Virus record (IMG/VR): IMGVR_UViG_3300028676_000031
Coordinates: 1 to 26,298 of that record
DNA length: 26,298 nt
From: a virus
Lineage: Duplodnaviria > Caudoviricetes
Strand: one strand, 5' to 3'
This document shows, in pieces, positions 18,776-26,298 of the stretch; the first letter of the stretch is position 1; each line of letters opens with the position of its first letter. The notes under the pieces were generated by a model that searched no databases, was not told where the DNA came from, and was given only the letters and a program-made list of their open reading frames with translations. A program made the position numbers and the translations under genes.

Positions 18776-21052
18776 ATGGAAGAAGAAGAAATAGTGAATC
18801 TTATAAAATGTTCAATTAGTATAACAAAAATATTATATCCTAAAACCAATATAGTTGAAGATGGCGATTTTGCTATTATTTCAGCTAAAGTTCTTAATGT
18901 AGAAGAAGGTGATCCATGTTTATCAAAATGGGGAACTATCTCAGTTAAGGGTAAGATGTGTGAACTAAGTATGATAGAGGAGTATAATATAGTCGCAAAA
19001 GAGGTTAATGATGAGAAATTTGGGAAGCAATATGAAGTTATATTTATTGGTTCAAAGATAGACTTAACAAATAAAGACCAACAAAAGATTTATTTAAGTA
19101 AAATACTAACAGAAACGCAAGTTGATAATTTATTTAAAACTTTTGATAATCCTATAGAGATATTGGATAAAGGAGATTTTAATAAATTATGTACTGTTAA
19201 AGGAATAAAAGGAGACAAGGCTGAAAAGATATTAGAGAAATATCAAAGTACTAAAGATTCTTATAAAGCATACGTAGAGTTAGATAAATATGGACTAACA
19301 AAAGCAACTATAGATAAACTGGTAGAAAGATATGGCAGTCCAGACACTACTGTGAATAAGATTCAAGAAAATCCATATATTTTAATAGACGAAGTTGAGG
19401 GAATAGGTTGGGCAAAAGCTGATGGGATGGCTTTAAAAGGCGGACTAGGTGAATATTCTTTATTTAGAGTACAAGCATACATAAAATATTTTCTTAAAGA
19501 AAAAGCAAACGAAGGAAATACATGGTGCTATGTGGATGATTTATGTAGTGCTATAGATAATGTTATAGGATATGATTTACCTCAAGATGTACTGGTTGAA
19601 TCTTTACAAACTTTAGAAAAGAAGTTATTGTTATGGGTGAATGAAGATAGAGATATAATAGCATTAAAAAAATATTATGATTTAGAAAAGAATATAGCCA
19701 ATAATTTAATGAGGTTATCTAAAGCAGATAATATTTTTGTTTTTGATGATTGGGAAGAGAAAGTACATAAACTAGAAGAAAGACAAGGTTGGAGTTTTAC
19801 AGAAGAACAATTTTATGGAGTTAAGGATATTTTAGAAAATCAAGTTATTATAGTAACAGGAAGTGCAGGTACAGGTAAGACATCAACTGTTGCAGGTATG
19901 TTAGAAGCTTTTGGTGGTAATTATACATTTGCACAAACTGCATTATCAGGTAGAGCATCAGGAAATCTTACCGATGTGACTGGAGAAGAAGGTTTTACTA
20001 TACATAGATTATTAGGAGTTGATCCTGAAACAGGAAGATTTATATATAATAAAAAGCATCAATTAGACACAGATATTATAATATTGGATGAATTATCAAT
20101 GGTTGGTGCTGAGATATTCTATGACTTAATTCAAGCAATAAAAACAGGTGCTAAATTAATTATGTTAGGAGATTTAAAACAATTAGAAGCAATTGGTGTA
20201 GGTAATATAATGAAAGATATGATTGAAAGTGATGTAATTACAACGATTGAACTAACAAAAATTCATCGTCAAGCACAAGCAAGTGGAATAATAACAGAAA
20301 GCTTAAAGGCTAGTGATGGAATTCAACTAGTAGATAAAGATTTTTTTGGAGAAATAATATTAGGAGAATTGCAAGACATGCATTTAGATATCTATAAACA
20401 AAAAGAAACTACGCCTAAAGTAATGATACAACATTTTAAAGATTTAATATCTAAAGGAATAAATAAAGATGATATCCAATTAATAGTCCCTGTAAAAGAT
20501 AGTGGAAAAGCAAGTGCGTATTATCTCAGTAATGAAGTTCAAAAAATAGTCACTAATACTTCTCAAGTAGGGCTTACGATAGGTAAAAATTCTACTACCC
20601 CTAGAACTCTATATGTTGGAGATAAAATTATAAATATGAAAAATAACTATAGGACAAAAACAGTAGAAGGAAAAGAATGCCCTATATTTAATGGAGATTT
20701 AGGTACTATAACAGAAATTAATACAACGAAACGTACAATCACCGTTCTGTTTAATAATAAAGGTGAAATAGTTATTCCTAAAAAACACATACCTGAGATA
20801 TGGTTAGGGTATGCAATCACCACCCATAAAATGCAAGGCAGTTCTGCTCCTTATGTTATATGTGGTTTAGATTGTTCCCATTATAAATTATTAAATAAAG
20901 AAACAGCTTATACGATGCCTAGTAGAGCTAAAAGATATTGTATTTTATGTGCTGAAAACAAAGCTCTTAGAATAGCTATTGCAACAAGTGGTGTAAAAAT
21001 CAAACAAACTTTCTTATGTAAGTTTTTACAACAATATTCTATAGTTAGTTAA
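18776..21052 (+). CDS. recD2: RecD2-like SF1B helicase
   Basis: HhH VKGIKG and VEGIGW..AD; GSAGTGKT; TIHRLL; DELSMV; GDxxQL; HRQA; YAITTHKMQGS. Confidence 0.92.
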   Translation: MEEEEIVNLIKCSISITKILYPKTNIVEDGDFAIISAKVLNVEEGDPCLSKWGTISVKGKMCELSMIEEYNIVAKEVNDEKFGKQYEVIFIGSKIDLTNKDQQKIYLSKILTETQVDNLFKTFDNPIEILDKGDFNKLCTVKGIKGDKAEKILEKYQSTKDSYKAYVELDKYGLTKATIDKLVERYGSPDTTVNKIQENPYILIDEVEGIGWAKADGMALKGGLGEYSLFRVQAYIKYFLKEKANEGNTWCYVDDLCSAIDNVIGYDLPQDVLVESLQTLEKKLLLWVNEDRDIIALKKYYDLEKNIANNLMRLSKADNIFVFDDWEEKVHKLEERQGWSFTEEQFYGVKDILENQVIIVTGSAGTGKTSTVAGMLEAFGGNYTFAQTALSGRASGNLTDVTGEEGFTIHRLLGVDPETGRFIYNKKHQLDTDIIILDELSMVGAEIFYDLIQAIKTGAKLIMLGDLKQLEAIGVGNIMKDMIESDVITTIELTKIHRQAQASGIITESLKASDGIQLVDKDFFGEIILGELQDMHLDIYKQKETTPKVMIQHFKDLISKGINKDDIQLIVPVKDSGKASAYYLSNEVQKIVTNTSQVGLTIGKNSTTPRTLYVGDKIINMKNNYRTKTVEGKECPIFNGDLGTITEINTTKRTITVLFNNKGEIVIPKKHIPEIWLGYAITTHKMQGSSAPYVICGLDCSHYKLLNKETAYTMPSRAKRYCILCAENKALRIAIATSGVKIKQTFLCKFLQQYSIVS

Positions 21053-21057
21053 ATAAT

Positions 21058-21142
21058 AAAATATATAAAATAGCTTGACTTCAAAACTGAATAGGTATAA
21101 TATATAGATACAGGATAAATATAGAAAATATCTTGTATCTAT
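21058..21142 (+). promoter_or_regulatory. sigma-A-like promoter with AT box and +1 stem-loop
   Basis: Box 21058-21071; TTGACT 21075-21080; TATAATAT 21096-21103; 14-bp hairpin 21104-21142 (may also terminate recD2 read-through). Confidence 0.7.
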
Positions 21143-21167
21143 TTCTATTTTAAGGGGGAATACATAT

Positions 21168-21500
21168 ATGATAAGAAATATTAAAACTATTAATGTTGAG
21201 AATCCTAATATTGGAGAAATAAAGTTTTCTAATATGCAAGAAGTAATAAAGTATAGAAATAAATTAAACGAAATAATAGAAAAAGAATTTAATGAATTTT
21301 ATAACACAAAAAGAAATAGCTATGATTGGACTAGGGTAGCTAGAACTAGTTATTTAAATGTATGTCCAAGGGGATTAAAACAAAAAGAATTTGTTTTTGA
21401 GATATTTGAAATGAACAATGTTCAAAAAGGAGAAATTATAACTCATTATAACAAAGGCAAAGTTTTAGAGCAAATGATTATAAATGTAAATTGGATATAA
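21168..21500 (+). CDS. hypothetical protein
   Basis: 110-aa ORF with AAGGGG RBS. Confidence 0.7.
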   Translation: MIRNIKTINVENPNIGEIKFSNMQEVIKYRNKLNEIIEKEFNEFYNTKRNSYDWTRVARTSYLNVCPRGLKQKEFVFEIFEMNNVQKGEIITHYNKGKVLEQMIINVNWI

Positions 21501-21574
21501 TAACCAAATAAAATTTTACTTTTACTTGGAAATAACAAATTATATAATATAATAAATTAAAGGAGATGTTTAAA

Positions 21575-21916
21575 ATGCCAAATAATAATCAACCAAATAG
21601 AAGATTAGGACAGGTTCATAACATGGTACATAATAATCAAGAGGAAAGACAAGAGAGATTAAATAAACTGCTAAAAAAGAAGAATAAGGATACTACTAAT
21701 ATTTCAATAGGAGATAAAGATGTTAATATGATAAAATTTGCCGAAGATTATCTAGGATTCAAATTAGCAGAACCACAAAAAATGTTATTGAAATCTCTTC
21801 TAAAAAATAATTGGGATACAATAAGCTTTAGTCCAATACATTCTTATTCGTACTCATATCAAAGCGTAATGTATCAAATGTTGAAAGAATTATTAAAAAG
21901 AAAAGAGGATAAATAA
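21575..21916 (+). CDS. hypothetical protein with a terminase-N-like segment
   Basis: ORF track 21566-21916; ATG 21575 has better spacing from AAGGAG; contains FAEDYLGFKLAEPQKMLL. Confidence 0.65.
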   Translation: MPNNNQPNRRLGQVHNMVHNNQEERQERLNKLLKKKNKDTTNISIGDKDVNMIKFAEDYLGFKLAEPQKMLLKSLLKNNWDTISFSPIHSYSYSYQSVMYQMLKELLKRKEDK

Positions 21917-21917
21917 T

Positions 21918-22247
21918 ATGAAAGTAAATCAACTAGTAGCATCAGTACAAAGATTACAAATGGTAAAGAATAGATCAAAATTAAAAGCCAGTATGTATAA
22001 TAAAGATGAGAAATTAAAAAACTTGTGGTGTGATATATCTGATATGGCTAATGAATTACTAGAAATATATAATAATATTGATATAAAAGATAATGAATTA
22101 ATAAATAAGTTGTATGACCAAGAATGGCAACTATATGCAAAAATGAAAGTATTAAATAATAAATATAATTTAGGTATTGATAATGTAGATGAGAGATTTC
22201 AAGCAATTGATGAACTTAAAATGAGTGAAATAATGGAGGGTAAATAG
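21918..22247 (+). CDS. hypothetical protein
   Basis: 109-aa ORF with GAGG RBS, tightly packed with its neighbours. Confidence 0.7.
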   Translation: MKVNQLVASVQRLQMVKNRSKLKASMYNKDEKLKNLWCDISDMANELLEIYNNIDIKDNELINKLYDQEWQLYAKMKVLNNKYNLGIDNVDERFQAIDELKMSEIMEGK

Positions 22248-22248
22248 T

Positions 22249-22611
22249 ATGGATAAGTTTGATAGAAAAATAGAGATTAAAGAAAATGGAAAACCAATAA
22301 TAAGATTAACAAGAAAATGTAGTGGAACATTAGGCAGAATGAGACATACAAAAGATAATTTTATATTATCAGAATCAAAGGTAAATTCACGTTCTCAAAT
22401 TCAAGATAGAAGTTTTACTTTAGTCATTAGAAATGATGGTATAGATGGAGAATATAAAATGGGTCAATTATCATTTCTAAAAGAAGAAGACTTAATACAA
22501 TTAAGAGATAGCATTGACTTAATGCTGAAATTAAATGATGTAACTATAAGAACAAATGAGAAAATACAAAATGTTGTACATAATCATTTCTATATTACAA
22601 ATTGTAAATAA
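22249..22611 (+). CDS. hypothetical protein
   Basis: 120-aa ORF with GGAGG RBS. Confidence 0.7.
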   Translation: MDKFDRKIEIKENGKPIIRLTRKCSGTLGRMRHTKDNFILSESKVNSRSQIQDRSFTLVIRNDGIDGEYKMGQLSFLKEEDLIQLRDSIDLMLKLNDVTIRTNEKIQNVVHNHFYITNCK

Positions 22612-22670
22612 ATTAGATAATTTATTTACATATTTTGGAATTAGAGATGAATAATAAAGGAGAATATAAA

Positions 22671-23573
22671 ATGAAAGAAAGAAACTTAAAACTAATTTTC
22701 AAATACAAAGAGGCCTTGCTTAATTATGGACAAGAAAAACTATATAATGAAATGATTAATATAATCAAGGATGTTGATGATAAATATATAATAAATGCAC
22801 ATCCTATGGATGATGAAATATTTTTATTGCTTGGGTTTAAAGATAATGATGAAGTAAAAGAAAATTTAAATAAAATTTCAGTTAATAAATTAATACCTTA
22901 CATAAAAACATTAACAGAAAATATTTTTAAATCGTTAGAAGATGAACGTAGTTTTATTTCAAGATGTTTAAAAGAAACCTATGAACAATATTATTGTAAT
23001 TTAGAAATAGAATTTAAGATAAATAGTTATAATGAGTTGCAATTATCAATAATGTCTATTTCTAAAACTAATGGTTGTGGTTCAGGAAGAAGTTTTGAAT
23101 TTGACATTATTGATTCAGAGCATCTAAAACAAGTAATAAATCAAGTTAGTGAAATAGATATTCCAAAATCAGTAAAAGAAATGTATATTAATTTCTTTAA
23201 TGAAGAATCAGAAGATAATCTTGATTTAACAATAGTTAAAGACCATGTTATTGAAAATATAATTGAAGGAATAAACGAATTTATTTATCAAAATGAAAAT
23301 AAATATAAGCAATATAAATCATTACAAAAACAAGGAGTAAAAGAAGAATTGACTAAATATATAGAATATGATAATTGGTTAAGTGATATAGCTGATACTA
23401 TAGAAGTTAATTATGAATTAAAGAAGGCTACTTCATATGATGTTATTATAAATCATGTTAATTGTAAAGAGGGAGAATATTATACTAATGAAAATAAAAT
23501 TGAGATTAAATTCTTAGGTGAAGTTATTAAAACTATTAGCAAATCAGAATATACAGTTTATGAAATAAATTAA
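22671..23573 (+). CDS. hypothetical protein
   Basis: Long ORF; ATG 22671 follows AAAGGAG. Confidence 0.75.
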   Translation: MKERNLKLIFKYKEALLNYGQEKLYNEMINIIKDVDDKYIINAHPMDDEIFLLLGFKDNDEVKENLNKISVNKLIPYIKTLTENIFKSLEDERSFISRCLKETYEQYYCNLEIEFKINSYNELQLSIMSISKTNGCGSGRSFEFDIIDSEHLKQVINQVSEIDIPKSVKEMYINFFNEESEDNLDLTIVKDHVIENIIEGINEFIYQNENKYKQYKSLQKQGVKEELTKYIEYDNWLSDIADTIEVNYELKKATSYDVIINHVNCKEGEYYTNENKIEIKFLGEVIKTISKSEYTVYEIN

Positions 23574-23616
23574 AGAATTATATTAGATATAACTGATTAA
23601 AAAATCTATGAACAAT

Positions 23617-23662
23617 AAATTATATCAAATTACTTGAACTGATTAGAAAACTATGGTAGTCT
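23617..23662 (+). promoter_or_regulatory. degenerate promoter with AT-box variant
   Basis: AAATTATATCAAAT 23617-23630; TTGAAC 23634-23639; 17 nt; TG-n-TAGTCT 23657-23662. Confidence 0.45.
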
Positions 23663-23688
23663 TGATTTAGAAAGGAAGTGAATTTAAC

Positions 23689-23922
23689 TTGTTAATTAAA
23701 AGAACGGGATATGGAAGAATAAGAAATGGTTTGGATAATAAGTATATAATGTATGAAGATACTGAAACAAAAGTTATTTGCTTACATACTCCATTTTTAA
23801 TATGTAATCCTAAGAAATCACATGAAAGATATAAATATTATTTAAATTACATAAGATGTTGTGAATATTATGATTTAGAAATAACTAAAAATAATAAGAA
23901 GCTTGGAAGCAAGTCCCTGTGA
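23689..23922 (+). CDS. hypothetical protein
   Basis: TTG start after AAAGGAAGTG; 77 aa. Confidence 0.6.
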   Translation: MLIKRTGYGRIRNGLDNKYIMYEDTETKVICLHTPFLICNPKKSHERYKYYLNYIRCCEYYDLEITKNNKKLGSKSL

Positions 23923-23980
23923 AACTTGAATTTTAAAGCGAGTTAATAAAATATATAAAATAAGAAAGGGTTGATTAAAA

Positions 23981-24178
23981 ATGAATATAGCAATTGAATT
24001 AAAAGGTAATCCTACAGAAAATAATTGTAGTCAATCGTCAAGTATAGATGCATGTAATTGGTTAAATGTAAAACGAGAGAAATGTAAACTATTTGATGAA
24101 AAACTAGAGTATAGCTGGGATGAACATGCATATACAAGATGTTGGGATTGTCTTTCTAATGAATTAAATGAATTATAA
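23981..24178 (+). CDS. small Cys-rich hypothetical protein
   Basis: 65 aa with 5 Cys including RCWDC; RBS AAAGGG. Confidence 0.6.
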   Translation: MNIAIELKGNPTENNCSQSSSIDACNWLNVKREKCKLFDEKLEYSWDEHAYTRCWDCLSNELNEL

Positions 24179-24195
24179 AGGAGAGTGATGATTAA

Positions 24196-24699
24196 ATGGT
24201 ATTGACATTAGATAATGGACAAACTATTACAATTTATGAACAAGGTAATTTATTAAAACAACTTAAACCATACATAGATAAAGAGATATATGATTTACTA
24301 GAAGAGAAATTTGGATTCATTCAGACTACATATAAAGAGTTTAATCTAGTTAAATATGGTGATGAATTAATTGGACAAACTATTAAATGTTGTAATGTAG
24401 GTCATGGTTGTGATTTAGAAAATTCAATTATAGCAACAGAAGAAGGAAATGCTTTAATATTAAATGCATATCTCGATGATGATGTTAGTGTAACTGCCTT
24501 AACTAAAGAGCAACTAGATAGAAAACTAGTTAAAGATAGCTATTTCAGAAAAGAATTATTAGATAATAATATTGTGGATAAAGAATATGTTCAAAAATTA
24601 TTAGACATTGAGAAATGGAAATCCAAAGATGAAGAAAAGAAATTAAAAGAAAAAAGGTATGCTGAATATATAAAGATGAAAAAGGAGTTTGAGAATTAA
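24196..24699 (+). CDS. hypothetical protein
   Basis: 167-aa ORF with AAGGAG RBS. Confidence 0.75.
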   Translation: MVLTLDNGQTITIYEQGNLLKQLKPYIDKEIYDLLEEKFGFIQTTYKEFNLVKYGDELIGQTIKCCNVGHGCDLENSIIATEEGNALILNAYLDDDVSVTALTKEQLDRKLVKDSYFRKELLDNNIVDKEYVQKLLDIEKWKSKDEEKKLKEKRYAEYIKMKKEFEN

Positions 24700-25295
24700 T
24701 GGGCAATGAACAAATTATAGAAAATTTAGAAGGTGAAATATGGATTGAGAATAATGGATATAAAGTTTCTAATAAAGGACGTATCATAGGCAAGAAAGGC
24801 TATCTATTGAAAGGAAAGGCTGGCAAAGATGGATATGTCCCTTGCAGTGTTAAATTCAACGATGGATTTATAGCTGGTTCACATCATAGGGCTGTAGCTT
24901 ATTTATTCATTCCCAATGATGATCCAATCAATAAAATAGAGGTTAATCATAAAGATGGTATAAAACATCACAATTATGACACTAATTTAGAATGGTGTAC
25001 TAAGAAAGAGAACCAACAACATGAATCAGATGTTCTAAAACAAAGAAATTGTGAAAAACATTGGGGAACTATATTAACAGAAGAAAAAGTAATCGAAATA
25101 TATAATCTTTGTAAAGAACGAAATTTACTGTATAAAGAAATTGCAGAGTTATATGAAATATATCCTCAAGAAGTTTCTGATATAGCACAAGGTAAACTAT
25201 GGAAAGATTTAAAATTAGAACCATTGCCAAAAGTAGTAAGAGGTAGCAGAAAAAATGGTAAACGAGGGTATACAGAAAATACATATAAAAATTAA
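24699..25295 (+). CDS. HNH homing endonuclease (NUMOD4-like N-terminus, HNH, C-terminal HTH-like)
   Basis: YKVSNKGRI; HRAVAYLFIPN; VNHKDG.K.HN...NLEWCT..EN..H; C-terminal LTEEKV..I...IAELY.I....VSDI..GK.W. Confidence 0.88.
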   Translation: MGNEQIIENLEGEIWIENNGYKVSNKGRIIGKKGYLLKGKAGKDGYVPCSVKFNDGFIAGSHHRAVAYLFIPNDDPINKIEVNHKDGIKHHNYDTNLEWCTKKENQQHESDVLKQRNCEKHWGTILTEEKVIEIYNLCKERNLLYKEIAELYEIYPQEVSDIAQGKLWKDLKLEPLPKVVRGSRKNGKRGYTENTYKN

Positions 25296-25347
25296 GAGAC
25301 GATAAACAGCTTGTTTTATGGTAAAATAATAAATTATATAAAAAGGA

Positions 25348-25608
25348 GTGATTAATTTGTTTAGTAAAATTATAGATATATCAATAAAACTAGGAGATCA
25401 ATATACAAATAAAATTACAGGATCATGTTTTACTGTAGCAATAATAGGGTGTGTATTTTGGAAATTTCAATTTTATAAAATAGGAAGTATCTTAACTTTT
25501 ATTCCATTAATAATATTATTTGTTTTAGGGTTGTGGTATTTTATATTATTAATTCTAATGGGAATAACTGAATTATTTAAATATATTAAGAGAAAGGTGA
25601 TAAGATAA
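25348..25608 (+). CDS. small membrane protein
   Basis: Two hydrophobic segments; AAGGAG RBS (true start may be TTG 25357). Confidence 0.6.
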   Translation: MINLFSKIIDISIKLGDQYTNKITGSCFTVAIIGCVFWKFQFYKIGSILTFIPLIILFVLGLWYFILLILMGITELFKYIKRKVIR

Positions 25609-25778
25609 TGAAACAAAATGTAATTATTGATACTAAAGATGGAAAAGTTAAAATTCAATTTGATTATTGTGTAGATTGTAGTTATTACAATTTCTGTTAC
25701 TTAGATTCATATGGAACTCATCATAAAGGTACTCCAAATGGATTAAGCGAAGAATGCTTGAGATTAGATAAAGAATAG
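25608..25778 (+). CDS. small hypothetical protein (56 aa, CxxC)
   Basis: Not in the ORF track. ATG overlaps the previous stop (TAATG); RBS AAAGGTG; MKQNVIIDTKDGKVKIQFDYCVDC... Confidence 0.55.
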   Translation: MKQNVIIDTKDGKVKIQFDYCVDCSYYNFCYLDSYGTHHKGTPNGLSEECLRLDKE

Positions 25779-25796
25779 AATTGGAGATGAAAATAA

Positions 25797-26024
25797 ATGA
25801 AAATAGAAATAGTATTTCAAGAAACTAATATAGAACAAGGTATAAAGAAGAATGATATTTTTACATATGAAAAACTAGCTTATAATATTAGAAATTTTGC
25901 AAATGGTATTCAGATAGTTGATGACTTTGAAGAAGATTATACCAATGAAGACTGGCTAGAGAATCTAATTAATGGATTAAATGATTTAAGTATAAAATAT
26001 GAAATTCTTAGAATTAAATTATAG
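25797..26024 (+). CDS. hypothetical protein
   Basis: 75-aa ORF with GGAG RBS. Confidence 0.65.
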   Translation: MKIEIVFQETNIEQGIKKNDIFTYEKLAYNIRNFANGIQIVDDFEEDYTNEDWLENLINGLNDLSIKYEILRIKL

Positions 26025-26036
26025 GGAGGTTGACCA

Positions 26037-26298
26037 ATGAATCAAAAATTTAATCATGTATTTTGTAAACATAAAAATGATTTTGATTATTGTTATAATA
26101 AGTGTAATAGAGAATGTCCGTCAGTTAGTAATCTATGGTATACATATATAAGAAATCCTATAGTTAATTTCTTTATTGCATTAAGATATGGATTTGTAAA
26201 ATGTAATCAGATGCCAACTAGATGTAGTTTTCTTTATAAAGATAAATACTGTTTATTTAAAGACAGAAATTGTTATTCGAATAGAAAGAAAGAAAAGT
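26037..26298 (+). CDS. Cys-rich hypothetical protein, 3'-truncated by the window edge
   Basis: GGGAGG RBS and ATG 26037; frame open to the end of the window. Confidence 0.6.
   Translation, partial: MNQKFNHVFCKHKNDFDYCYNKCNRECPSVSNLWYTYIRNPIVNFFIALRYGFVKCNQMPTRCSFLYKDKYCLFKDRNCYSNRKKEK

Larger units (their letters stand above)
1..26298 (+). mobile_element. segment of a large SPbeta-like Firmicutes phage or prophage
   Basis: Gene order ATPase, Zn protein, DnaB, primase, RecJ, DnaE as recalled for SPbeta yorG-yorL; dense unidirectional small ORFs; free-standing HNH gene. Confidence 0.85.

Noticed and set aside
10124-21052. Inteins or group I introns in dnaB, dnaE or recD2
   Set aside because: The ORFs are continuous, with no C/S...HN-C/S/T splice junctions or LAGLIDADG blocks noticed.
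1018-25658. All minus-strand ORFs in the track (e.g. 3060-3281, 8060-8446, 8588-9106, 10459-10680, 15702-15908, 24545-24793)
   Set aside because: They overlap well-supported + strand genes, have the F/S/L/I-rich composition typical of antisense shadows, and show no recognisable motifs.

Overview
AT-rich segment of a large Firmicutes (Clostridium-like) phage or prophage with all credible genes on the + strand. The core is an SPbeta-like replication module (7515-21052): putative SSB, AAA ATPase, Zn-finger protein, DnaB-like helicase, primase, RecJ, DnaE and RecD2. It is flanked by accessory regions of small ORFs. The left accessory region (1-7500) is the most interesting. It holds (i) two divergent acidic proteins sharing an identical N-terminal 13-mer NVFETNSSSTHSL, directly followed by a radical SAM enzyme (candidate undescribed protein-modification system); (ii) RtcB bracketed by duplicated promoter modules; (iii) a 145-nt multi-hairpin element closed by a perfect 17-bp stem; (iv) a YhbH/DUF444-like vWA protein. 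Two dispersed intergenic motifs recur: an AAAATATATAAAAT box upstream of sigma-A-like promoters, and a co-oriented TAAAA-N6-TTTTA site at module boundaries, one copy of which carries an exact Bacillus dif right arm. No tRNA, rRNA or CRISPR array was seen. All family calls come from motif recognition by eye, not database searches.
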